A stretch of DNA of 62,421 bases, taken from positions 1 to 62,421 of the forward strand of contig JADHWY010000002.1 in the NCBI GenBank assembly GCA_016783245.1. The letters are read 5' to 3'. Of the stretch, positions 37,353-46,116 are shown piece by piece. The notes beneath the pieces were generated by a model. It was not told the DNA's origin. It saw nothing but the letters and a program-made list of their open reading frames with translations, and made no database searches. The DNA is from Dehalococcoidales bacterium (GTDB lineage Bacteria; Chloroflexota; Dehalococcoidia; Dehalococcoidales; BS750m-G39). Every line of letters begins with the position of its first letter. The stretch's first letter is position 1. The position numbers were made by a program, and so were the translations under genes.

Positions 37353-38233
37353 ACCATCTCCTCCATGATAACCTTTTTCATGAAATCCCTGCTGGTGTGG
37401 GGCTCAAAGTCCAGTAATATCTTGGCTAATGTTATATCCAATATTGAATCATAGGTAACCAGCTCTCGCTTTGTCCTGACCCATTTTGCTTCGGGAAATA
37501 TCTCACATATTAAATCCAGGATTTCGGTAATCTGCCAGCCCTGACCGGAGCCTACATTCACAATCCTATTGGTCGCCTTCTCATATATTGCCGCCTTATA
37601 AAGAGCTTCAGCAACATCACCAACGTAAATAAAATCTCGGTACTGGTGGGGGGCAAAGCTCTCTATTACTTCGCCCTTCTTAGCCTTCTCTATGAAAGTA
37701 TTAATAACGCCCTTATTCCCCTTCCCATAAGCATTGGATATTCTTATGATGAAAAAGTTGATACCAAAGTTATGGTGATAGCCTCGAATCATCTGCTCAC
37801 AAACGTATTTATGCCAGGAATAGATATTAGTTGGCTTCACTGGAAAATTTTCCTTTATGGGCAAGTCTTCAGTTACGCCATAGACGGCGGCTGAAGATGG
37901 AAAGATTAACTTCTTATCGTCGCAAATTCTACATGCCTCAAGAACATTTTGTAAGGACAGCACGTTTAATTCAAAGCTTCTGGAGGGGTCTTTTTGAGCC
38001 ACCGCAGCATCGATTAGCCCTACCAGGTGGATTATGATATCGTGCTCGGCTATAGCCGTTTGTAATTTATCTGTATCAAGTATATCCCCCGCTATACTTC
38101 GGCATGGAGCTGTCGAGGATTGCAGGTCATAAACGCACACTTCGTGCCCGCAGTCGCTGAATTTCCTTACCAGGTGTTGCCCGAGAAAACCGGCGCCGCC
38201 AGTTATAAAGACTCTTTTACTCGTCTCCTTCAA
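37349..38233 (-). CDS. NAD-dependent sugar epimerase/dehydratase (extended SDR)
   Basis: It has ITGGAGFLGQHL and YSWHKYVCE. Confidence 0.85.
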   Translation of the reverse strand: MKETSKRVFITGGAGFLGQHLVRKFSDCGHEVCVYDLQSSTAPCRSIAGDILDTDKLQTAIAEHDIIIHLVGLIDAAVAQKDPSRSFELNVLSLQNVLEACRICDDKKLIFPSSAAVYGVTEDLPIKENFPVKPTNIYSWHKYVCEQMIRGYHHNFGINFFIIRISNAYGKGNKGVINTFIEKAKKGEVIESFAPHQYRDFIYVGDVAEALYKAAIYEKATNRIVNVGSGQGWQITEILDLICEIFPEAKWVRTKRELVTYDSILDITLAKILLDFEPHTSRDFMKKVIMEEMV

Positions 38234-39032
38234 GCAATGCCTCCTCCCATTTTGCGTATCTTTGCTCGAATGCTTCTTCGTCTTTTACCCCTACTGCGTA
38301 AATAAGCGTTCGCCATCTGCGGTTGGGCATAAATTTCCATGTTTTCTCCGCCAATGACTTACCCATGCCTATATTGAATATGGTTTTGATAATCAAGGTG
38401 CGAATGCCCTTAAGACTTGAGACCTTGTTTAGCTTCTTATAAACGGAGCGTGGTATGAAAGGACCTAAGAAAACCTCCTTGGGACGAAAGCCACTAGACT
38501 CCAGGGTGAAACGCATTGCCTTCTTAGAGAAATAATTCAAATGAAAAGGATGGCTCCTCTCATGACGAAAATCAACATTGGGCGCAAGCACTATCAACGT
38601 TCCTCCTGGGGTTAGCACTCTATATGATTCTCTCAAAACTCTGGTGGGTGATTCAACATGTTCCAGGATATCAGCCGCATACACAGTATCAAACGTTCCG
38701 TTGCCCAAAGGCACCCCTTTGTCCAGGTCACAAACTAATGCTTCATACCCCTGCTGGCGAACCCCCTCAATAAAGTGCGGGTTTATATCAACACTAACTG
38801 GTGATATTCCGGTAAGTTCCTCAATAACCTTTAACTCGGCACCTCTGCCGCAGCCAATGACCAGAACCTTCCCGGTTACGAATTTGCTAACCGGGTCAAT
38901 CAAACGCCTTATTCTTGCCTCATCACCGGAACCGGGGCTCCCAATCCTAGCATAAAGCTCTGAGGCCTGTATCTTCTTTTCCTGCATTTCAATTCCTTCC
39001 GAGATCTGAGTTAGTGTTCCGGCCATCCTCAC
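38217..39032 (-). CDS. class I SAM methyltransferase
   Basis: It has VLVIGCGRGAEL and FDTVYAADILEHV. Confidence 0.75.
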   Translation of the reverse strand: MRMAGTLTQISEGIEMQEKKIQASELYARIGSPGSGDEARIRRLIDPVSKFVTGKVLVIGCGRGAELKVIEELTGISPVSVDINPHFIEGVRQQGYEALVCDLDKGVPLGNGTFDTVYAADILEHVESPTRVLRESYRVLTPGGTLIVLAPNVDFRHERSHPFHLNYFSKKAMRFTLESSGFRPKEVFLGPFIPRSVYKKLNKVSSLKGIRTLIIKTIFNIGMGKSLAEKTWKFMPNRRWRTLIYAVGVKDEEAFEQRYAKWEEALLEGDE

Positions 39033-39056
39033 CAGAGTTGAGTGTCGAGCCCGGTG

Positions 39057-40463
39057 CTACCGTGCTTTCTTGAAAGGGTTCAAGCTTAGTAGCAAACCTC
39101 TAAAGAAGAAAACTTCTTTTTTAGTAAAACCTTTCAATCCGAACAACACAGAAAAGTATACCCCAGCCCCAGCGACGCAAGCAAGTACCAGGGGTAGGAT
39201 GTCAGTGGGGTTGATTAACCAGATAACCCCAGCCATTACCCCGCTGGCGGCCAAACTCTTGGCTATGAAAGACCAGTTGATGTTAAACTTGAGGTAACGG
39301 GAGGAAATGCGATAGGTCAAACCGGTGGCTATGCCAAAGGCAAGCAAGGTAGTCAAAGCCGCACCGAGTATACCAATGCGAGGAACCAGCACCAAGTTCA
39401 ACCCAAGATTGGCTGCCCCGGCGATGCCCCAGATTAGCCCCATGCTGCCGGTTTTCTTTACCAGGTTTATAGGTTGACGCATCACTCCGTAGTATCCCCA
39501 CAGTATCATACTCGGGGCGACAAAGGGCACCACCAGGAGGCCAGCGCCGACAAACTCAGGGGTAGCTAGATGTCGCAGCAGCGGACCAGCCAGGATAGAT
39601 AGACCAACGGCTGCCGGTATAGCTACCATGAGGAAGTATTTCAGTGAGTAGGCTAGGTGGGTTTTAACCTCCTCAACCCGGCCATGGTCATACAGATTAG
39701 CCACAGTGGGTACCAGGACAGTATTGAGGGGGCCCATAAACATTCGGATGGGCGTACCTAGATTATAGGCAGCAGAGTAGATACCGGTAGCACTCATACC
39801 TAGGAAGGCTGAAATTACGTACCTATCACTGAGATTGGTTACCCATAGGGAAAGCGCTGAGGGGATAAGGGGAAGGGAGAAGCGCAGATAGTCTTTTATT
39901 CTGGCAAAGCTGGCTTTGGGAGGAAGCCCTATCCCAATTTGCCGGATAATCATACCAAGCATGATGGCAAAGAAAGCAATATTAACGAGTAATATCCCCA
40001 AAACGACACCGAATATGCCCCATCCGGAAAGGATAAAAAAGACTATCATCCCAATCTCGCTGAAAGCCTGCGCCACCATTAGAATGGAAAAAGCCTTCAT
40101 CTGTCTGAAGGTACGGAAAAAGAATAGAAAAAGGAAATTAAAAGAGAAAAAGGGAAGGGTAATGGCGATGAGCTTGACAATGTTTGTCGCTTCTATACCG
40201 CCAAATAGCAGCTCGGCCATTCGAGCCGAGAAGAGAAACAAAATAAGGGTAATAAGCCAGCTCCAACTGAACCCGGCAATGAGTATGGAAAAGAAGCCTT
40301 CTCTGATCTTTTTATTATCACTCTCTCCAGCAAAGAACCTGACAAAGGCAAAGTCAACACCCAGGGTGCAAAAGGTGGCCAGTAAGGCTAAGGTAATCTG
40401 CACCTGCGCCAGGGTTCCATAGGCAACCGAGCCTAAAAGCTTGGAAACCACTGGTAGCAGCAC
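39057..40463 (-). CDS. wzx: Wzx-type (MOP superfamily) oligosaccharide flippase; 5' end probably mis-set (see findings)
   Basis: It has about 12 hydrophobic helices and an ...SKLLGSVAYG motif near the N-terminus. The same frame stays open and helix-like for 45 codons upstream of GTG 40463. Confidence 0.8.
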   Translation of the reverse strand: MLLPVVSKLLGSVAYGTLAQVQITLALLATFCTLGVDFAFVRFFAGESDNKKIREGFFSILIAGFSWSWLITLILFLFSARMAELLFGGIEATNIVKLIAITLPFFSFNFLFLFFFRTFRQMKAFSILMVAQAFSEIGMIVFFILSGWGIFGVVLGILLVNIAFFAIMLGMIIRQIGIGLPPKASFARIKDYLRFSLPLIPSALSLWVTNLSDRYVISAFLGMSATGIYSAAYNLGTPIRMFMGPLNTVLVPTVANLYDHGRVEEVKTHLAYSLKYFLMVAIPAAVGLSILAGPLLRHLATPEFVGAGLLVVPFVAPSMILWGYYGVMRQPINLVKKTGSMGLIWGIAGAANLGLNLVLVPRIGILGAALTTLLAFGIATGLTYRISSRYLKFNINWSFIAKSLAASGVMAGVIWLINPTDILPLVLACVAGAGVYFSVLFGLKGFTKKEVFFFRGLLLSLNPFKKAR

Positions 40464-40572
40464 TAAGCCTCTAGCCAGCAGTATCCCACGGGCAAACCCT
40501 ACAGTGATAATATCCTTGGTGAACTTTTCATATGGCTGTTCTTGCAGTTTATGGCCTACTCTCGATAGAAGG

Positions 40573-42036
40573 TTATTTTGTAGATTTGACTCTTCTAATT
40601 AAACTGGAGGTCGATATACCCTCCACCAAAGGAATCTGTTCCACTCTACCCCCATAACTCTCCACAAACTCTCTGCCCACTATTTCCTCACGTTCATAGT
40701 CGGCCCCCTTAACCAGAATGTCTGGCCTTAACTCACTGATTAATCTTTCTGGAGTAGGCTCGGAAAATATGACTACGTAATCGACACAACTCAATGCCGA
40801 GATGATATATGCCCTATCCAGCTCGGGGACGAAAGCTCTATCTTCACCCTTTAATGCTCTTACCGAACTATCACTATTTACTGCCACTACTAACTCATCA
40901 CCCAAGTTCTTGGCTTGTTCCAAGAGTTTGATATGCCCTATATGCAAAAGGTCAAAACAGCCGTTGGTAAAAACGATCTTCTTTCCCTTCTTTTTTCTCT
41001 TCTCGTCTAGGATGACGATTAATTGCTCCAGACTCTTAATTTTGCTACTAGAAGGATTTATATTCTCACCAATATAATTAGCTATCTCGCTGACACTTAC
41101 TGTTGCTGTGCCTACCTTACCGACTACGATTCCCCCAGCAATATTTGCTATATGAGCAGCCTCACTATAAGAGTAACATGAGAATAGCGCCAGCCCGAAG
41201 ACACTACTAACCGTATCGCCAGCCCCGGTTACATCGTAGACTTCCTTAACTCTGCTATAAATATGCTCGTATTTACCATCAGATTGATACAATGACATTC
41301 CGTCCTTGCCTCTAGTGATAAGTATGGCTTCACACTGTGCCTCCTTAAGTAAGTGGCTAGCAGCATCTCTAAAATCTTGCTCGCTGTGTATTTCCCTCCC
41401 ATAAACTGTTTCTGTCTCTTTCTTATTTGGAGTGACCACGGTAGCTCCAACGTACTTCTTGAGCCAGTTCCCTTTCGGGTCAACAAGTATAGGCTTATTA
41501 CTTTTCCGAGATAAATCTATAAGCCTTCTCACCAGGCTTTCGGTTAACAACCCCTTCAAATAGTCACTGATTATTATCCCGTCATAGGTCTCCAAGTTGC
41601 CCATTACAAACTGAATAATGCGTTGTTCAAGGTCAGCCAGAATCGGTTGTGTTGATTCGTTATCAATCCTTATCATCTGCTGTCCCTGAGAAATTATCCT
41701 TGTCTTGGTAGTAGTTAGCTTGGCAGAGTCAACAAAAATGCCATCCGGATTAATCCCTCTTCTTGTCGCTTGTTCTGTTAACTTCCTACCATTATCATCA
41801 TCCCCTATAACACAAAGTAGGTCTACATTAGAGCCCAATTCAATTAAGTTGTTTGCCACGTTAGCGGCTCCACCCAGAACACAACTCCTCTCGGTTATCC
41901 TTGCCACTGGGATGGGAGCTTCAGGAGATATCCTTTCAACCACAGTCGACACATATTCATCCAGCATGGCATCACCAATAACTAGTATCCTCAAGTTCTT
42001 AAGTCCTGCTAAAATCTTGGTAAGATCACCTGACAT
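40573..42036 (-). CDS. hldE: bifunctional D-beta-D-heptose 7-phosphate kinase / heptose 1-phosphate adenylyltransferase
   Basis: The N-terminal half is pfkB/ribokinase-like (TGAGDTV). The C-terminal cytidylyltransferase motif is FTNGCFDLLHIGH. Confidence 0.9.
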   Translation of the reverse strand: MSGDLTKILAGLKNLRILVIGDAMLDEYVSTVVERISPEAPIPVARITERSCVLGGAANVANNLIELGSNVDLLCVIGDDDNGRKLTEQATRRGINPDGIFVDSAKLTTTKTRIISQGQQMIRIDNESTQPILADLEQRIIQFVMGNLETYDGIIISDYLKGLLTESLVRRLIDLSRKSNKPILVDPKGNWLKKYVGATVVTPNKKETETVYGREIHSEQDFRDAASHLLKEAQCEAILITRGKDGMSLYQSDGKYEHIYSRVKEVYDVTGAGDTVSSVFGLALFSCYSYSEAAHIANIAGGIVVGKVGTATVSVSEIANYIGENINPSSSKIKSLEQLIVILDEKRKKKGKKIVFTNGCFDLLHIGHIKLLEQAKNLGDELVVAVNSDSSVRALKGEDRAFVPELDRAYIISALSCVDYVVIFSEPTPERLISELRPDILVKGADYEREEIVGREFVESYGGRVEQIPLVEGISTSSLIRRVKSTK

Positions 42037-42094
42037 TCCTTTGCCCCCATGTTTAATGAATCGGTCTAAAACAATGCCCCCTTAATTCTACCAG

Positions 42095-43072
42095 CTATCC
42101 GATTTTGCGCGTCCAGTAATCCAGCAGATCTCGCAACGTTTGGTCCATGCCAATAGTGGGTTCCCATCCGGTAAGATTTCGGCACTTAGTAGAGTCACAG
42201 ACTTGAACCGGTATATCAATGGGGCGAACTAGTTTTGGGTCAACACGCAACTCAACCTTACCTTTTAGACCAGTCATTTCCAGCATCATATCCAAAAGCT
42301 GTCCCATTGTGTATAGGTTATCACCACCAACGTTATAAGCCTCACCAGACTCATGTTTGAGCAAAAGAAGATAATAAGCTTCAACACAATCCCTTACATC
42401 CATGACTACCCGCTTACTGGAAAGAGTGCCTACATTTATTACTGGCTCCTGATATCTCTTCATGATTCGCACAATTTGATAAGCGTCAGATGATATAGAA
42501 AACTTCCTTCCACGACGCGGACCGGTGTGTGAGAATGCCCGAGTTACAAAAAACGGCAATGAGCAGGATTTTGCCCTCTCGCGAACAAATAAATCAGCAG
42601 CTGCTTTGCTTACCGCGTAAGGGTTAATTGGAGCTAGTGGGAACTCTTCGGTAATAGGTCCCTTTTCCTCAGGCACTGCGCCATATACTTCTGAGGTGGA
42701 GCAAAACATCAGGCGGCACAGGGGGCTGAACTTGCGGATGGCTTCAGCGATATTAACGGTACCAACGCTGTTTGCCACATGGGTCTGCCGAGGCTCCACA
42801 AAACTTGTCGGCGGGTGGCTCTGCGCCGCCAGGTGAAAGACTCCTTCAAATTGACCTTCCTCAAATACCCGGGCCATGGATTCATAATCGGTTATGTCCC
42901 CATACAAAAATTCGAGTTTACCAAAGTTGCTATCCGGAACTACATCCCGAACATCATTTTCTCTACCATTTGAACTCCTTACCAGTCCTACAACCTTATG
43001 GTCCTGACTGATCAGGAAATTAGCCAGATGTGGACCAACAAACCCTGTGATTCCCGTTATTAGGAATTTCAA
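42095..43072 (-). CDS. GDP-mannose-4,6-dehydratase/reductase-like extended SDR (candidate heptose dehydratase or epimerase)
   Basis: It has ITGITGFVGPHL, STSEVYG and YAVSKAAAD. Confidence 0.75.
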   Translation of the reverse strand: MKFLITGITGFVGPHLANFLISQDHKVVGLVRSSNGRENDVRDVVPDSNFGKLEFLYGDITDYESMARVFEEGQFEGVFHLAAQSHPPTSFVEPRQTHVANSVGTVNIAEAIRKFSPLCRLMFCSTSEVYGAVPEEKGPITEEFPLAPINPYAVSKAAADLFVRERAKSCSLPFFVTRAFSHTGPRRGRKFSISSDAYQIVRIMKRYQEPVINVGTLSSKRVVMDVRDCVEAYYLLLLKHESGEAYNVGGDNLYTMGQLLDMMLEMTGLKGKVELRVDPKLVRPIDIPVQVCDSTKCRNLTGWEPTIGMDQTLRDLLDYWTRKIG

Positions 43073-43074
43073 GA

Positions 43075-43662
43075 CTATTCCCTCCCTTTGTCATCCTTAC
43101 TCGCGAGATTACCTAATACTACTTGTTTAACCGCCCCATATAAATCTCTGGCAATATAATCGGGTTTTATCTTAGTCCCATTCTTGCCATGCCAAGAGTA
43201 CTTATCTCTCAGAAGAATAGCGGTGCACCTGGCGTTGTGGCCAGCTTCAATGTCAGCTAGATTATCACCAATAACAAAAGAGCTTTTTAAATCAAGGTTG
43301 AACTCCCCTGCTGCTGCCTCTAGCATCCCCGGATTAGGCTTGCGACAGTAACAAGTCGTTCTATATTCTTCAACAATGCCGTTGACATGGTGTGGGCAAT
43401 AATAGATCCCATCTAGTATGGCTCCTTCACATGCCAACAACTCCTTAAGTTTATAATTTATCTCTCGGACGTCCTCTTCGGTGAAATATCCCCTAGCAAT
43501 ACCTGATTGGTTAGTTACCACAATGACCTTAAATCCATTTTGATTTAGTAGTTTAATAGCCTCAATTACTCTTGGTAGGACTCGAATGTTACTGCCATCA
43601 TCAAGGTAACCAACGTCCTTAATGATAGTCCCGTCTCGGTCCAAGAAAACAGCTCTTTCCAT
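43075..43662 (-). CDS. gmhB: D,D-heptose 1,7-bisphosphate phosphatase (HAD-IIIA)
   Basis: It has AVFLDRDGTI and the Zn-loop CPHH...CYCRKP. Confidence 0.85.
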   Translation of the reverse strand: MERAVFLDRDGTIIKDVGYLDDGSNIRVLPRVIEAIKLLNQNGFKVIVVTNQSGIARGYFTEEDVREINYKLKELLACEGAILDGIYYCPHHVNGIVEEYRTTCYCRKPNPGMLEAAAGEFNLDLKSSFVIGDNLADIEAGHNARCTAILLRDKYSWHGKNGTKIKPDYIARDLYGAVKQVVLGNLASKDDKGRE

Positions 43663-43685
43663 AGCTAACTACCCTGTTAACCAAG

Positions 43686-44264
43686 TTAATCAATATTTTC
43701 TATTTCCTTCTCGACCAACGCACAGATGATATGCCCGATAGTAATGTGAGCCTCTTGAATTCTAGGGGTGCTATCAGAAGGGACGGATATGTTTATATCA
43801 GACACTTGAGCAAGCTTACCTCCACTCCTCCCTGTTAGACTGATAGTCTTCGCTCCCTTCTTTTTGGCTGCCTTTATCGCTTCCACTACGTTTGGTGAAT
43901 TTCCACTAGTGCTAATAGCAATTACTGTATCTTTCTCACCCACTAAGGCTTCTACCTGGCGAGTGAAGACTGCGTCATAGCCATAATCATTGCCTATCGC
44001 CGTCAGGATGGAGGTATTAGTAGTGAGCGCTATTGCTGGCAGGGCTCTTCTATTTTTCACCTCGAATTGCCCTACCAGTTCAGAGGCAATATGCTGGGCA
44101 TCGGCAGCACTCCCTCCGTTACCACACAAAACTACCTTACCCCCTGACTCGTATGTGGTAACAATAGACTTAACAATATGCTCGATTTCACCTATTTTGG
44201 TCTCGGCAATTCTTTTTTTTACCCGAATGCTTTCTCGTAGCATATCATAGATTTCATGACTCAT
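43686..44264 (-). CDS. gmhA: phosphoheptose (sedoheptulose-7-phosphate) isomerase
   Basis: It has the SIS domain VVLCGNGGSAADAQHIASEL. ATG 44264 is preferred over the GTG at 44300. Confidence 0.85.
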   Translation of the reverse strand: MSHEIYDMLRESIRVKKRIAETKIGEIEHIVKSIVTTYESGGKVVLCGNGGSAADAQHIASELVGQFEVKNRRALPAIALTTNTSILTAIGNDYGYDAVFTRQVEALVGEKDTVIAISTSGNSPNVVEAIKAAKKKGAKTISLTGRSGGKLAQVSDINISVPSDSTPRIQEAHITIGHIICALVEKEIENID

Positions 44265-44370
44265 GGTTAACGCCCCCAAGCTCGGTAATACTATTGGCAC
44301 CGATATTGCCAGCTGTCCGCATTTTACGCTATTACAGTCTATTTTTCAAGCCCAATATCTTCCATAATTC

Positions 44371-44553
44371 TCATTGTTGCCAATGATACATGTCTAAATA
44401 ACTGTTCTGCGCTAATCGGTCTACACCGAAACCTTCAATAGTCTTGCCTTCGCTGATTGGTGAAGGCACCTTGGAGCTGTAGTTAAAGCGAGGCTGATAA
44501 TCAGAACGCCCTCGATAAATATATCCCACTCTCGCAACCCATAAATATTTCAC
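44371..44553 (-). CDS. possible small ORF (60 aa) coupled to the GT9 gene; function unknown
   Basis: GTG 44553 overlaps the GT9 stop as GTGA. It is the only support in an otherwise unexplained 250-nt gap. Confidence 0.2.
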   Translation of the reverse strand: MKYLWVARVGYIYRGRSDYQPRFNYSSKVPSPISEGKTIEGFGVDRLAQNSYLDMYHWQQ

Positions 44554-45698
44554 TGTCTTTTTAGTTGTCGCCTAACGGCTTCAAGCACTTCTTCAACTGT
44601 GATAGATTCAAGGCAAATCCGGTTCTGGCAACTTTCCACCCTTGCCAGCTTCCCCACAGTATAACATGGGCTGCAAGGTAAATCCTTTCGGATAATTATG
44701 TTTTGCTTACCTAGCGGACCGGTTCTAACATAATCCGTTGGTCCGCAGATGGCTACTACCGGCGTGTTCATAGCAACAGCCACGTGCATCAGTCCGCCGT
44801 CGTTACTAACTAAGCAATCGCTTCTGTTGATAATCGCGGCAGTCTGTCCTAAGGTTACCTCACCAGATGCAATAATTGGTTTAATACTCAGGTCGCTGAA
44901 TGTCGCTTCAATTAATTGCCTCTCGCCAGGTGAACCTAGAGCAATCATCTTTATATTGGAATCCCGAAGCAACTTGTCGGCAAGTTTGGCATACTTCTTA
45001 CTATCCCAACGTTTCCACTCTTGCTTGGGATTTGAGCCCGGTGACACACCGATGACTTTATTACTCTTTGTAATACCATGTTTCTTAAAATACTCTGTGG
45101 CAAATTGTTCATCCTCAGTACCAACATAAAAGGAAGGGGTTCTGTCTACAACCCTAATACCCAACTTGTTCATCAGACATATATTCATATCTAGCTCATG
45201 TTTGTTCTTGTCCATTTTTACCCAATAGTTATAAAGGCAACTAAACATATTAACAATGCCAATACTATACGTGTGTCCTAGTCGATAAGGGGCTCCGCTT
45301 AATATAGTAAGCCAAACCAAATACCTCCGTGAGCCATGAAAATTACTGACGATTAAATCAAATTTGCGTTTCCTCATTTGAAAGATAAATCTCCAACGCT
45401 GGGAGAAAGGCAGGTCTGGGAGCTCACACTTTATAATCTCATCAACCAGTCCGCCTCCATCCACTACCTGTTCACATCCACCTTTGCCAACTAAAAGAGT
45501 TATATGCGCATCTCTAAAACTATTTCTCAACGCCTTGATAACAGGCGTATAAAGTATCATATTGCCTATACCCATTTGCCCGTAAACCAAGATTTTCTTA
45601 ACCTTCCCGAAGTCTATCTTCCCCTTTCTTGGCAGAAGCAAAATAGCGGAAGGTCGAAGAATAAACATACTATATAGCGCAGCGAGTATGTGTCTCAT
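44550..45698 (-). CDS. family-9 glycosyltransferase (heptosyltransferase-like)
   Basis: It has KILVYGQMGIGNMILYTPVIKAL and LVSNDGGLMHVAVAMNTPVVAICGPT. Confidence 0.85.
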   Translation of the reverse strand: MRHILAALYSMFILRPSAILLLPRKGKIDFGKVKKILVYGQMGIGNMILYTPVIKALRNSFRDAHITLLVGKGGCEQVVDGGGLVDEIIKCELPDLPFSQRWRFIFQMRKRKFDLIVSNFHGSRRYLVWLTILSGAPYRLGHTYSIGIVNMFSCLYNYWVKMDKNKHELDMNICLMNKLGIRVVDRTPSFYVGTEDEQFATEYFKKHGITKSNKVIGVSPGSNPKQEWKRWDSKKYAKLADKLLRDSNIKMIALGSPGERQLIEATFSDLSIKPIIASGEVTLGQTAAIINRSDCLVSNDGGLMHVAVAMNTPVVAICGPTDYVRTGPLGKQNIIIRKDLPCSPCYTVGKLARVESCQNRICLESITVEEVLEAVRRQLKRQ

Positions 45699-45745
45699 AA
45701 CTAGCCTGATAGTTCAGTTGTTGTAGTTCAAATCACCCTTACCGA

Positions 45746-45775
45746 ATATTAGGCGCTAGCCTTAGTGTTTGTCAA
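45746..45775 (-). promoter_or_regulatory. candidate sigma70-type promoter for the 23-kb minus-strand arm
   Basis: On the minus strand it reads TTGACA (45775..45770), an 18-nt spacer, then TAATAT (45751..45746). It lies about 45 nt upstream of the GT9 ATG at 45698. Confidence 0.35.
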
Positions 45776-46116
45776 TAAAATCAGCTTATTTGCCCCTCTT
45801 CGCCTGATAAAGGCTGCCCTCGGTCAATTCCCCCTATCGATCACTAATGCTCCTAGTTACACCTATAGTTATGTGCGTTTGGGGTGGACTCCGGGGATCA
45901 CTGGGTGTATCTAGTGGGATCAGTTCATCGCTGAATATTATTGCAGGCACCACAATACTTGTAGTATTCTATCATCGTATATGCCAGTGAGTGAAGCAGT
46001 ATCCAGAAGCTGAGCATAGAACATAAAAACATGCGCTGAGCTTACACCCACAACCTGGAGGACAGCACGTAGCTTCGACATGAGTATTGCCATAGGGCTA
46101 CTGGAAGGGATTTTAC

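Noticed and set aside
36528-37368. Antisense ORFs of 190 aa and 99 aa opposite the DegT gene. Similar ones lie at 39916..40422 opposite wzx and 50088..50552 opposite the integrase.
   Set aside because: They overlap strongly supported genes on the other strand and show no recognisable motifs.
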